Shown here piece by piece: positions 12,101 through 27,342 of a stretch of 64,000 bases of DNA. Where the stretch lies: assembly GCA_030141605.1 (NCBI GenBank), contig JAQGDQ010000003.1:124001-188000 (forward strand). Direction: 5' to 3'. The notes below the pieces were generated by a model, which worked only from the letters and a program-made list of their open reading frames with translations, searched no databases and was not told the DNA's origin. The stretch's first letter is position 1; the number at the start of each line of letters is the position of its first letter. The position numbers were made by a program, and so were the translations under genes. Origin of the DNA: Tubiluchus corallicola (lineage: Eukaryota; Animalia; Priapulida).

Positions 12101-15100
12101 TGTCAAAATTACTTGCATTGTTAATCACCAGATTATCACTGTTTGTAGAAGTAATGATGTGCAGTGCACCTGTTTACTTTTCAAAAATTTGATTCATGCG
12201 ACTTTTGTCCCTGCTAATATTTTATTACTTTGCATAAATAGACGATATGTACAAAAATATAATTTTTCCCAAAGCATGATACGTTTAACAGAATAGGCAA
12301 AAAGAAATGAAAAATGAATTTATTAATTTTTTTTCCTTAATATTGACACCATTCACTTAAATATTACATTGACAGATAGTGCAATCTTCATTCAATTCAA
12401 GCAGCTTTTTGCAAGCTTTCTAACACGAAAGTTTTTTCCTAGGAAATGCTACCTGCAGCTTTTGTCTAGAGAAGAAGCTGAAAAAGCTGTGAGCGAATTT
12501 AATGGTTTTCATCGTGATGGCCACTCACTTTTGGTAGCTCTTGATACCTCAAATAGGACAGGTACAGTTAAATCAGTCCATTAAATGTGATATTAGTATT
12601 GTTCAATTTTCTGTTATGTTTCAATGTTTCAATGTAAAACGTGCACTGGTTTAAAATAAATTAACAATTTTGAGTACTTATTTTTTGTTGTATACTTTAT
12701 GATAGTATTTGAAATCTATACATTCTTCATTTGCACTTTTGTTTATTAGAGATGATTAGCGAAAGAGATGTTTATGACGAACTGCCAACTTTACTTGATT
12801 TATGTGAATCTGATGAAGAAGATGCGACAGAAAATATTCGACAATTTCATTTAGAAGATGATGATCACCAGATCAACTTCAGCGTCGCAAGCCAAGAAAG
12901 GCGCCTTTTAAAAGTTTCTAATATTCCTGCCAAATATCGTGAGGTACAATGGTTGCTTTAATTTGTACTACCATTACTTTCTACTTGCAGTAAAATGAAG
13001 TGTACTTAAAAATGATCATTTTTTGTCTTTTTCAAGTACCACTGCTTGTTTCTGGCATTTCCAACTTTTTCTTACAAGTGTTCAAACCCATAAATATTGC
13101 GACCCAATCTAAATTCAGAACCATTTTCCTAAGTGTAGCATAGCTGCCACTGTCATATATTTGAATAGAGGAGCATGAACAAATCTGGAAGAAGTTGATT
13201 AATTTTGTTCATTAATTTTACTTGTTAATTTTCTCTAAATGTAGCTAGTTTCGTTAGTTTACTTGCACTTTACGTCTTTATTTTTCAGCTTGACATGCTG
13301 GAGATTTTTGACAGATATAATCCAGTGGATGTCCTGATGGTTACAGATAATGGATTAAAGTACGTTTTGACTTTTCATGTTACATTTGTCTGCTATTTTA
13401 AGTGCAGTAAGTCCTTGCTATGAGTTTTATTCATATTTCTATTGATTAGTTTCTTTCTGTTTGCTTTAAACCACCTTTCCTATCAATACATGTGCCTAGC
13501 TGGCTGTTTCTCTTCGTTAACGTTGAAGCTTATGCAGTTGTTAAATATAATAAGCACTGCATAATCAATGCCAAGCCCTGGGACGAGCTTGAGACAATTT
13601 CATGTAGGTTGCAGGCAGAATTCCTTCTTATATAGTTTACACCCAGGTCCCTATAAATTGGAGTGTATAAATAAGTCTCGCTTGATGCAAATGGCTAACA
13701 TTTAGTAGCTAGTCGGGAAGCAAAAACATATGTAATAATTGTACTGTTTTACGCATTAGTGCGTGCTTAGAACGGAATAATGCAATATGTGCTATTTTAG
13801 TGCTTCAAAGTAAGCAAAAATGTCGTTGCTTAAATAAAAACTGGCTTTGAGCAAAGTAATAAAATTGTCGTTAAAATGAAACATGCATTGTTAAGTGAAA
13901 AAATGTGTCAACGTGCTGCGTCATTAAAACTAAACATCGCTAAACGGGAAGTCATTAAGCGAGGACTTAGACTTACTGTAGTAGCAATCATTTAAGGGAC
14001 TAATTAGGGGAGGGGGAGAAAGTAGCCTATTATAATTGGTAGTTTGTTATAACCAGGGAACGTATTCCCTCTCCCTGTATACAGCATGCCAACTTGGAAT
14101 AACACTCTTTCCGTGTATAAATTTGGAATAATTGCTGTATACTTTTCTGATTATAATCCTGAATCTGTTTCAAGAGGATCATTTTGATACCAAGTTCAGT
14201 GTTCTACGTTATTTCTTTCTAACCTGAGATAATCCATGTTCAAGACGAGGTGCAGGCTGCACACTGAAAAACATAATCTTGAGAAAATCACTGTTAAAGT
14301 TTCCACTGTTTTTTGTCGCACCTATGCAAAAACACTTAGCAAACGTACGAATGGGTGGTTGCTTTGGACTTTGCAAGAGCACATTAAAATTACTGCTTCT
14401 ATAAAGTACTATTGCAGTTTGAAAATACGAGTTTTTGACAAATGCAATACTAGTTTTTAGGCAGGAAAATGGGTAAGGAGTTATTAAGTAAAATTTTTAG
14501 CATTTTTAAACAATTTCCCGGTGTTTTTATGTCAGATAATAAAAGCCTAATATGTTTTTGTTTGTTTTTGTAAAAAAAGATATTTGACTCAATTTTTGAT
14601 GCATTCTACTTTGAAGCATCATAACGCAATTTTAACTATGCCGACTTGCGGACGGTTTTGGTTTGCAAGCACACATACCTAAAATCTGTGATAACAAGAG
14701 TTAACTATAAGTTATAGAAAGGTTTGCCGCTTTTGGGTAGCACATTCTTCATTTCCACCAATTTTCAAAACTTTCTCATTAGGTTTTTATTTTTTTAGTA
14801 TTTATTTTATTATTAAAATACACATAAAACTTATTATATTTTTGTCAACATTAGCACAAGTGTTTTATTCAAGGAAAACTTTTTAGCATGCAAGTATGTC
14901 TTTAGTAGTGCTCTATCAGCTTAAAAACTCGTGTTCCTGACCGCACTCGATTCTAAAAAAAATTGTTCACATTTTATACTGCAGTGCAGGCACATCAAGT
15001 TCTAAGTTGGTTATTTTGTTACTTGATGGTGCAAGCCAGTACTTTAATTAGTTTTTTTGTTTTTTTTTAGTCATAGTTGCTACATTTGCTGTCAAACACA

Positions 15101-18100
15101 GAAGCTAGCAAATCTTGCCATGCGAGAGATGAACTATTCGGCGCTAAGTATGTCTTACCTGATTAATCGAATTAAGTGATTTATAAACAATTTTAGCAAA
15201 TTTAGCTCTTAAATTATCTTGTTAGACTACCTTAGATATTTTAAAGGGAAGTACAAGTCACATAGCATGTTGGTCCATTGGGTTTATTTTACTGTTATTG
15301 TATAATCTTATAAAAATATGACAAAGAAATTTGCAAAAAACTGTATGTAAAGCAGAAAGTTAATTTATACTACCACTGTATAAAAATTTTCAGGCGCGGT
15401 GGTAGCCGCCATTCATTTGAAAATTATGACGCCACTTTCTGGACTTTGTGACTTTTTGTAAGCACGCTGCCTAAACTAATTCAATCTGTAGCTCACCTAA
15501 TATTTTGGCAAAAATATCACAAAATTAACTATTTATCTTCTTTAAAAACTTGACAGTGCTCTGTTTTTGCTCAGCAAATTATAAACTACATCATTGGTGA
15601 AAGAATGGGCATTCAAAATGGGAGCACCCTAGCAAGGTGTTTATCACATTATTTTATTACTAAATCCTTTTTGAGAGCATTGTAATAAGCCTAACTTCCC
15701 AAAAGGTTTGATCTTTCTTTACAATTTGTTTGCGACCATTGATGGTATTACACTGGAAAACTGCAAAATGGTCTATGGTTTAGATAAAAAATACAAAATC
15801 TCCTGCTTTCAAGGAAAAAGCTGGAAAATCATTTTCAAAGCTACTAAAATGATCACGTGGCATATTGGTTATTAATGTTCTTATTGATAACAGTGTAAAG
15901 TTGAAAATGGTTTTGCTAGGTATGCTACTCTGACACACTGTGAGTCAGTAAAAATTTAATTGCCTTTTTTGCTGCCACATCCATTTATGCCAACTATTAG
16001 TATAGTATTTATCAGCATATTTTGAAGTACCACTGGTATATACCACTATTGACCAGTTCACTGTTTACTTTGTGTTGACAATCCTAAAGCATCTGCTTGA
16101 CACTTTATTAGAGATATATACTGAATTTTTTCTCAAAATTTGCTTAACTCCATGTACCGCTGAACTTTCAGCTACCTTGAAAGTAAAATTCATTTCACCT
16201 GAGGTTTCATTGTTTGAACTGTAATAGCATTAGTGTTGTGGCACTTTTACTCCAGACAAAATGCTAATGGAATCACATATATCAAAGATCCTGCCAATAA
16301 CAGTTATACTAGCAGAGCACTTTCGTTAAGCACAAGGTGGTGAACAACTATGTGATCTATGCTGCCTGCTGGAAATAAAACAATGATTCACCATTCTAAT
16401 ATGTTCTTCAAATCTCTAGCACTCTTAATAAAGTACAGATAAATGTAATGTATAGCGTGAGGACAATTGTATGCCTTGTAACAGTTCATGTAAAGTTCAA
16501 AAATACATGTTTGATGTGTATTGGCCTTGAAATTTTGCACCCTGCTAGTTTACTAGCAAGGAAGATTTTATAAAAAGACTAGATTACAGCCTCTTTGAGC
16601 AAGAGCAACTTTTTAGGTAAATAATGCTGACGGGTAAAGTGCATTCATCTGTTAAACTGTAGACACTATAGAATTTAAGCTTATAATTGGTACAAGCTCT
16701 GGCACAATCATGCAGGCTCTATTAGTTTTACACCTCAACTTGAACTAAGACTTTTGGAGTTAGAGTTTTGCATTTAATTTTCGATAAAATGACCTTGATG
16801 CATCGGCAAGTTAGTAGCGTTTTACCAAAATGGACAAATTCACTAATGTTTTGTGGCAAAGCTACCTATGGAGTAGCAGCGACGAGTTCAAAACTCAATG
16901 TACATGAACATAAACACGTGAAAGATTTTGCTGACATGCCTGGCTACAAAGGATTAGCTGGCTATTTAGATTTTTGCAAAAAAATTGCGAATGCAAAAAC
17001 ATTCTATGAGCAATTCATGCTGGATTTCGAAAAATTCAAAACGCACACTTTGAGGACAAAGTTTGTATTACGTGACATGGTCATCACTTTCAGCGTCGAG
17101 GAAGCAGCCAAGATATACAGATCTTCTGGGAAGTATCCTTCTCGTATTCCATTTGATCACATATTAGCATACTTGGAGGAGTCAAATGAATCTAAAGGTA
17201 TTCTTACATATGAAGGCACAGATTGGCACCGCATGCGGAATGCGGTAAACAAGCGCATGATGCGGCCACAACTAGTTATTGAAAACGAGGAAAGAATAAA
17301 TGATGTAATAACAGACATGATTGGGCGTATTAGATATATGCGTGACAAGCATGGCGGCTACATACCGGGGATGACCAATGAAGCATACAAATGGTCGATG
17401 GAGTCTATCGCTAGCATCTTATTTGAAGAAAGACTGGGATGCCTAAAGGAACCTGTACCAGCTGAATCGCAAAATTTTATCGATGCTGTTGGTGCTGTTT
17501 TTGAAAATGGTCCTTATGTTATTGGCCTAGCAAAATTACAACAGAAATTAAGAACACCACCTTGGAAGAAGTTCTCAGCAGGGTTCGATTACTTGTATGA
17601 CTTCACGCGTAAGACAATCAACAAAAAATTGCAAAAACTTGATTCTTCACCAGAGAATGAGAAAGATTCCTCACTTATGAGTTTTATTTTGTCTAGTGAG
17701 CAATTATCACGAAAAGAAGCATTTTCACTGATTTCAGAGCTTTTCTTTGCTGGTGTCGACACGACTTCCAACACACTGTGTTTTGCTTTGCACCTTTTGG
17801 CCCAGAATCCTAATGTCCAAGCACAATTACTCCATGAAGTTCTGTCCATTGGAAGGAACAAAATTCCATCTGCACACAATGTCCATAATATGTCATTTCT
17901 GAAAGCTGTATTCAGAGAAACTCTGCGTTTATATCCAATTGCATCAATTATGGCACGGGTGACAGAAAAAGATTTGGTTCTTGATGGTTACCACATTCCA
18001 AAAAATACGCTGTGTGGACTAGACTTGTACACAATGGGACGCAGTAAAGAGCTTTTTCGAGATCCTGAAAAGTTTGATCCCTCTCGCTGGCAACGGAGCA

Positions 18101-21100
18101 TCAATGCAGATCATGCACCTTCACCATTTGCCTCAACTCCTTTTGGCTTTGGGGTGCGCAGTTGTATTGGCAGGAGATTGGCTGAATTGGAAATGTATTT
18201 GATGATGGCAAGAATTATGCAGCAGTTTGAGCTAAAACCCCATGGTTCTGGGCAGTTAAATGTCATACAGCGTGGACTACTGACTCCCGGTCCAGAAATT
18301 CCAATACAATTTATAGACAGAAAGTGATAATTGAAGCTGCTATTATGAACCAGAAACATGTGCTAATTGTGGATAGCGAGCATATTTCCCAAAATTTGTA
18401 CAACTAGTTATTAGCAATTAGTGTGTTAGGTATTATTAACAGTTCTTTAATTTTTTTATTACTTTAGGTAATACTAACTTTCACAGGTGCTTGCACCTTG
18501 ATGTTTAACTGTAATTTACTGGTTGGTATTGTTTCCTAAACTTTTACTTCCGCAACAGTGTTATCCTGGTTACTAACTTTTGAAGCTGGAGACTGGTCTC
18601 CATTCATTTTTTTAGGATAAATTCATTTTTTAGGAAGCCTTAAATTATCACACTTTTAAGTTAACTTAGTGTTGTTTTATTATAATTTTATTATTATGAG
18701 GAAATAATATAAATATAAATAAAATATTGTGAGGAAAAGGAAACATGTTTAGATATTTTCCTTAAGTTATTTGCTTTCTTTGTACAGCCTGGCACCCTCA
18801 TTCCAGGATAGAGCATTCGTTATAAATGAAGTTAAACTATAGATTGGTTTCATATTGTTAGGCCTGGAAAACACTCCAGTTGCTTTGAAATTTTCTTATT
18901 AAGTGAATGTGTAAAAGTTGTTTGATTTTTGGTGTACGGTTATTAGAATGTTGAACCCAGAAGACTCCATAAATAGAAATAATCTAGTTTGTAAAAAAAG
19001 CAAGAACAAGAAAAAACTGTTTAAGCTAAACTCTTGGTGACTTTATGTTAACACCGATAAACAAAATTGATATCTGTGGAGCCATCAGTTTTTCTACATT
19101 CGCAGTGTCCAGTGCACAATAGCGGTAATGACACACACGGTTGTGATAAACGGTTGCAGCAATACACACGCCCTTCCTGATGTCTGGCAAACATGACTTC
19201 AGACAATTATCATAGACACCTTCAGGATGATAAGCAAGTGCTGCCACTAAATGCTTGACACTGTATTGTAGTGTGACTGCAATGTAAACATGAGATTATA
19301 CATTTATTTGTGCATTACGCTTCATTCTCTGTCCTTATTACATCATACTACTGACACCCATCCAACTCCAGTTAGACTAACTGTCACGTAGTTTTTTAAG
19401 AATATTACAGGGAGTACCCTTCAGGGACGTATAACACATTTCGACTCACTTGGAGGGGGAGGGTGTCAGTGGGTCAGAGCCTTCACAACATAAGTTTCGT
19501 TTCTTTTTGACAGATCGCTTAAACTTGGTTGTAGAAACAGTGCATCCTCAATCACCTCACAGACATCTCATGCAGGATTTTTCCTTGCAGTCACCCCAAA
19601 CACGGCTTGCTTCCTCCTCATCGACCTCTGGCGTGCACATTGCTCTGGAGGATATACTGCCATCTGGATGTTAGTTTTATTTTTTTCATTATTAATTTCA
19701 ATTGTAATAACCTTTATTTAAAGTAAGGCATAACTTTACTTTTTAGCTGTTAGCATAAACCTCTGAAGCTGTTATAATTGTCTACTGCAGTTAGTGTACT
19801 ATACTTGCATAACACTGATAATATTTATACTACTTTTACTCTCAATGCACACACCAGGCAGGCACAAGCATGAACTATTTTCAGCCTGCTCGTTTCAGAT
19901 TAAAACCTGCTGCTTAATCAATTAGATCTGTTTCTGGCACTCTGGTTAGTCTGTCTTAACTGACATGGCAAGCAAAGTACATTTATATTATATGCATGTG
20001 ACATCTTCGCCATCTATTGATAAAAAGTGTCATGTATTATAAAAGAATGCTTGCTTTCTTTACAATAAGCAGAATATAAGCTTTTATCCTGGCAATCCTG
20101 TAAGTGAAAAAATAGCTGCCTTGCAAAGAATGTAAATCTGTAAACATTTTACAAGGAAGTTGGTAAAGGTTCGTGTATTTTTTATATGAAAACAATAGAC
20201 TTTCTTAGTTTAATTACTTGATTTTTGCAAAATATGCTTTTTTGGACCAACTGTTGTTCCTCTGTAATAAACATGGCTGAAGGTAAAAAAAAATTCTGAA
20301 AAAACATTAACTTTAACAATTCTGAAAAAAAACATTAACTTTAGCATAGTAGCTTTACCCAAATCAAGTACAATAATTCACTTACAATTTTTTGAAAACT
20401 TCTTCAAGGAAAAACAGTTTGACATTTAATCTGGTCATCACATTATCACAAAGGTCTTGGTAACCTTTAGTCACACACTTTTTTACTATTTTACTATTTA
20501 AAATTTTTGCTATTTTCACTAGAACAATAATTGGTGATGTAAAGTTTACTCCATATAAATTTATTTTTCTGTTGCAGCTAAGCCGAAAGATGAGCACTTA
20601 CTTGAAACTAGTGAAGATAAACTGCCCGTATCAATGACAAGAATGGTATGTAAAATGTAACTTCGGTGGTTTGGTGAGAAATAATATGTGTGATTGATTC
20701 ATTCAACTTTATCTAATACATTGGAAATTGTGCAGTAGCGGCCCACACTCCCAGTATTAGCAAAGTGTAGCATTATCTTCAGAAACACTGCCAAAAATAG
20801 TCTGCTATACAATAAAACAAATATAAAAACAACATCATTTACGTGCTTCAGTGTTCTACTTGTTAATACCTAGCACTCCTGCCAGTTGCAACTGCCCACG
20901 TTGCACAGTTGCTCAAATTTGGAATTGTATTTGTATTTGTTAAATACTTTTGCACTATATCTATATAAGACTGCAGTCGAACAACTTTGGCTTTTTTGTT
21001 GGTTCAAGAGCTTTACGTAGTACTACATAAAAAGGAAATTCCTGCCAGTAACATCAATGGTTGTCCTTCCCAATGCAGTTTTTATATTTGGATTTGTTTA

Positions 21101-24100
21101 CTCTAACGGTTTTCTTTACTACATCACACAGATCATAAATTTATCATTTGAAATTTTTCTGGTCATTTGATACCTAATAACTTCTGTATAAATATTTTTG
21201 AAAATCATCTTTCTTTTTGTTGTTTAATTTTTATTGTCCATTATTCAGCATTGCATAAAAGTGCAGGTTCAACTGAAGTAGATGGAATTCTAACCTTGGG
21301 CTCTTCGGAAAACCTTTGTGAGATCTAAGCAGAGAAGGTGGAACTTTCCTCTATTGTACATTAGCTTCGGAGCTTCAGTGTCTAACACTTTGCCAAGATA
21401 TTTTCCCAAATTATCATCTCCATACTAAATCTGATGTTGGTTTTTCTGGTCGTATAATTGACATTGAGATTACATTTTTCTAGATGTCTCCTAATTATTA
21501 GCTTAACATCGTAAATTGTTTCTACCTTATTTGCTATGGAAGGGATATCAGGTATCCTTGTACATAGCAGACTTATCATGTTTTAGCCATTTCATCAGTA
21601 TCACCTCATCATTTCTTAATATTTATTTATAATTTTTCGTTTTTTCCTCCTTTTGTACTTACATTACTTACACCCTTATTTTGCTATCATGTTATCCATT
21701 TTCATTGCACATCTCTTACACCTAATGCAATTCTCCATTCTGCAGTACAATTGAGCTTTCCATGTCCTAACTTTTAACTCAGCTGCAAGCAGTTGCATAT
21801 TAATTGCTCACTTAATGAATATTGTTGGTAATTTTGTTTTCGTTTTGCCTACTATTGTGCAATTGTATATAATATAATTGTAATTGTGTGTTTGTCTAAT
21901 AAACAATCCATAAAGTTCCAGTTCTATTTTGTTTAAAACACTGGTGATGGTGGTGCCGTGTTTCATGTTTTATGAACTTTGCATTGAGTTCATTTTGTTG
22001 AAGATTTTTTTTTTGTTTTAGTGACTTTACTGTTGCTTATATGTTATAACTCGGATGCATTTTGCAAAGCTGTGGGTTCAGTATGTATTAATGCTTGTTA
22101 ATAGGATTAATAACAAAGATATTTTATGCTGAAAAGTTGACTGTTAAGCATGAGACAATATGCCTGTCATCCACAGCATATCAAAGCATTACGATGCTTG
22201 AGCTGATAGTTCAGTCTTGCCCATCTCTTGTTTAGATTTGTATTGTTTATATTTGAAACATAATTACTTGTGGTGTGTTAGTAGTAATGGCAAGCATAAT
22301 CAACTACTTGTAATCAGTTACTTGCTCACAAGTCTCTGGTGTCGATTAGTTTGTTAAGTGATTGAATACTAAATGATTGCTTTCTTATTAATGAATTCAT
22401 AATAATTTGAACTGCAAAGGATGCAAACTGCAAAAACATTCTGAAAAACAAAACCCCTATAGCTCCACCTTCAGGGATTTCAGTAAAGCTTTAGCATACA
22501 CTGGGAGCTACTCCGCTTTGAAACAGATGCTGACGAATGATCTTAAGAATCAACCACTAACTAAAATTAATCAGCGATTAATTGAAATTTGCAGTATCAC
22601 GCATCGCTAATTAGTAGCACTATTCAAATACCTAGTTTAAATGTTACCACAAATAGAAAAGTCTACTGGTAGCTAACTGGTTATTACTAATTACATGTAT
22701 TTACATAGCTTTTATATATTAGCTGATTGTGCAGCTGCTTGTGATATAATAATCATTACATAAATAGTTAATAATAATTAACTATTTATGTAATAATTGC
22801 ACTTATGTGTCAAATGGCTCATATAAAAGCAGGCGCAGTACTTAACTACTTGTGGAGTGTTATAAAATATGCACTTTGTATGAATATCAAAAGACGCAGA
22901 TTTTCCGAAAAGAATTTTATAACACTGGACTCCTAAATTCTGGCCCTGTGTAGCTGGGATCCCGTAAAGCCAATTTTTCATGCACAAGTGTATCTAATAT
23001 AAACTTCAAGTCATGAGCTAGCCTCTATTCTGTGCCAAGGCTTTTGTAATCATGGACAATCTTTCCATCACATCTTTGTTTTATTATATTTCTTACTTGA
23101 AAGTAATGAAGAACAAGAGATGAGAGAAGTATTGAATAAGTATTATGTTACATAAATCATTAGAAATTGTTAGACAGCTTGTGTACAAGTAACAGTTGTA
23201 GTAAACAACCTATGCTGCAGCTCACTAACACTTTTACTTTTTGCAGGTTTATAATACTATGTTTTATAATTGTTGTGGGCATCGACCAAGGCAAATGATA
23301 TCTTTGCCTCCAGAGTTTCGACTGATGGTGACTAATGTCGCAGACGGCGTTCACTTCTGGGGGCACATAAAGCACAGTGTAAGCTATTTTAATGTAGCTA
23401 AAAGTTTAAATACTTTTTTCGAACTAATTCTTTTGTATACTTTATTGCACATCATTATGTTTTAGTTTAACTCCTATTGTGTGGTGTGGTTTTATAAATT
23501 CAGCAATAGAGCTGCAGTTGACTTTAGAATACCTGTAGTTACCCTAACTTAGTGGGCAACTATAGAATTATTGGTTTTGTGTGTCTGTTTGTTTGTCTCT
23601 CCACCTGCCTGCCTGTCTGTTGCTCCCACTTTTTGGGATATTCTTGGATCAATAGGTGCAGATTTAAATTTTTCCAATTTTTTAAAGATTTGCATGTAAC
23701 AATTATAGCATGTTATAATATAGCTGCTACTAATAATGTGGCAGAGCAGTAAACACCAGTACCTGCCAAATGAACCATGGTTCATTAGTCGTTGTTGGGC
23801 AACAACAATCAGGAACTCATTTTAATTTAACCACATGACATGACTGTGGCTATGTTATTTCACAGACATTTGATATAATTAATATTTTAAGTGAACATTA
23901 CAATCCGTGTCAATGCAGAAAATACATTTTTGTGGTTGTCTTCATGTAGATTTGGATAATTATGCCCTTCTGCTGAGTGCTCTCTAGTTTATTTAATAAT
24001 TTTATTTACTTTACACACAAACAAAGTACTATTGTTTGCTTATTTAATAATTAGTTAAATAAATTCATATAAATTATCATTGACAGTAAATACTTGAGAT

Positions 24101-27100
24101 CTGTTCAGCCATACTTACTATCTACAGTTCTGCATAAGTGTAATTATGTAAATGAAATTAAAAGCAAGTAAATACACTCATAAAAATTATTGCTAGGATT
24201 GTATTTATTTTAGCTGCATGGGTCACAATTTTTTTGCTACCTTTTATCAAGGTTTTAAAATTAAACATGGAAAACTATATGTTTCAATTAAATTTTTAAA
24301 CTTCCTTTCTGTTCACAATGGCACCCATCTAAAATTAGATTACACTGAAGTGCACGCTACAGATCAGGGTAAATCAATTATCTGTTCTAAGTTACTGAGT
24401 TTAAACATTTGAATGTAATATGATTATGACTAACAGTTGAATTGCGCGTTCATGCAAAATCGTCTGGGCGATGCTAGTTCCTGTTTCCATTATCTGAACA
24501 GATCGTCAAGCATGATTGATATTAATGAATAGATGCTTTAGAAAAAACCTACTTCCTGGTTGCAAACCATCTTATTTTTTATTGGTAGTTTTGTTAGCAA
24601 AATCTCAACTTAATTTGACGTAGTTTCTGTGAACTGCATATCTCTACTCTTATGAAGTTCTTTGTGAAGCCTTGATAATAATTTAGCCAGAAGTGACAAG
24701 AAGTTTCTGCTGATAATGCTAATATGAATTCATTGCATTCTTGTATACATTTCAGTCTACAATTAATGAGCTAAAAAAGCTGGCTGAATTGAGATCAGCA
24801 CTTGACCAACTTCAGCAGTTTGAGTTTTCAAAGAGCATGATATTTTGTGCGGCTCCATATGAAGGTGAACTCTACAGGTAAATTGTTAGCTGAAATTGCC
24901 AGTAGCTTCAAATCTGTTATTGTGTCTATGTTACATTTATTGGGCTTAAAACAGCTTAGTCTTTACTTCATTTGTTTCTAACATGCTAAGATATCAAGTT
25001 ATTTTTTCCAGCAGAAAACATTGTTTAAATATTCATGGTTGAAGTTAGGACGGAATATTTGTTTCACATGATTTTTTGTTGGCTGTTTTCACGTTGAAAT
25101 AAACTTTATTTTTTGAAAGTAAAGAACAGTTTTCGGAACTTTTCTGAAATGTTATTTTATTTTACACTCTCATGAATTGTCATGTTTAGTCCTCCACTTG
25201 AACTGCATGAGAGCATCACATTTAATCAGCATTTTATAACTGGAGGGTGCTTGTTGTATAAAAATATAAAGTTTTTCTGGTAAAAAATAATAATTATTTG
25301 ATATGCATAACTATATAGCTTGATCTACTGACTTAATTTTTTTATTTTAAAAACATTAAATTTTATATCCTGCATTGTTTGATTTTTATAGTATTATTCA
25401 ATTTCTGTATCGTCTGATGATTGCAGGGGGTACACATTGAATCTGCTGCCTGGAGATAAAATGAGGGTGTTCTATATAGACTATGGGAACACCATTGACA
25501 TCAATAGAACGTTACTTACACGAATTCCAAAATATCATATGGTGTGCCTGCGACCTCAAGCTGTACCATTCAGGTTGGCATGTAAGTGGTCTTATTTACT
25601 CGTTTCCTACTAAAATACAATAAACAGGAAATCTAGGATTCTTTGAAGGTTTTTCTTTAATGTATTCGTAACAAGTTGTGCAAAATGAAAAGTGTCAAAA
25701 ACTACATAGGTTGTTGTACATTGCTCTGTTCTTTAATGATTTTACGTAGTATTGTTCAGTGTTATCTTTGTAATACAATGCATTTATATTTTTGCTAAAT
25801 GAAATGCCTAACTGCCTAACAAACGTGGTTCCCAATGCCAAAGTGTATCTGTTTGCACAAGTTAACACAAGATAAGAGCTTGAACAAAATTAAATTTGGC
25901 TTGATATCAAAATAAACATTCATTTTTTTACTGTATTGTAATTATAATTGAGAAAAATTGTGGAAAGTGTCCTTGCCTTTAACTTGTCTTAATAAATAAA
26001 TGAATTAAACTCCTGATATTTTCTTAAATGACTAAATGATGATAATAATAGTGAAAATCTAAGGTAATTGGAAAAATTAACGGATATCATCTGTTACGAT
26101 TACTCACCATTACGGGTATGACAGACAGAGTTATAAACTTAAAGGGTAAGAAAAAGCAATTTTAAATTGTGTCCTAAAAAGTTTCACACAAAGTTATGTT
26201 ACTTAGCATTATGCTCACCTGCTTGAAAGACTTAGGTAATGACAAAAAAATCCTAGCGTGTTAAAATGTTCACGCCAACTAGCAAAATGTTACTGACTTG
26301 TCTTCCCAGTGTAAACCACTGACTTACCAAAAACGTATTTTTTAATCTTATTGACAAGATACAATAATTTACAGTTTTGCTTAGTTAGTGAAACGTGTGC
26401 TACGAATGCTCTAATTATTTTTTCAAACAATTTTATGTAATGTTCTCTAAACTTGTTTCAAATGATCTACAGTTAACATAGCTCTACAGCTTTGTTAACA
26501 TAACAAATGATCTACAGTTTTCGCCATCCCGTCCTTATTTCTCTTTTGTAGACTATTATAATAATTTGAAGGCAAATAACTTATTCTGATTCTGATTCTG
26601 ATTCTGGTAAAACCACTAAATTGTGTTACTGTTATTTGCTTCCTTTTATGATTTAGTTTGTGGCTACAAAAATCTCTGACGAAATTCAGAATACACAAAA
26701 ATAATTCTTTTTTACAATTGCAGCTATAAAATGAATACAACATATGGCACATACGAATATAGTTACGGATTTATATTATGATGCAGGCTAATAAGAAAGT
26801 AAAGTGGTATACATTGAATTAATCTATAGAAGTGGCATAACCATTTTTTAAATAGTTGGCTTTTAGCGTCTTATCTGCTTTTTAATGTAATGAGACCTGC
26901 TTTCAGATAAAAAATTTATTTTATTGTTACTGTTGTTGTTACAGTTGTTAATGTGGAGAAAAATGGTGGTGCAACAAAACTGCAAGATTTGCTCTTGATG
27001 AAAGAAGTTGGAGCTAAACTAGCACTGACTTCAGTTAATGAACGTGTATGTATAACTTATAGCTTTGTAATTGTTTCTGACTTGATTGATTGATAAATTC

Positions 27101-27306
27101 TTCATTGCCATTAAAGTACATGCAATTAGTCAGTCATTTTATGATAACTAGACTGTTAATTGGCAATAACATCATTCTAAGCTAAATTATAAAAAATGTT
27201 GTAATTAAATGAAATCTGGCTACTAAAATGCATTTATTACAACACACATCTCACAATAGATTGCTAAAATGATACACACACGCATGCACACACTCGTGTG
27301 TGTGTG

Positions 27307-27342
<36 letters not shown>

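Noticed and set aside
17157-18359. Three antisense ORFs overlapping the P450
   Set aside because: Shadow ORFs of the coding strand with no recognisable motifs.
19026-19247. 73-aa Cys-containing - strand ORF downstream of the P450
   Set aside because: Non-ATG start, no recognisable domain and no convincing splice sites.
21250-21770. Purine-rich - strand stretch with a 65-aa ORF, possible decayed element
   Set aside because: No identifiable motif or termini; not supportable without a database search.
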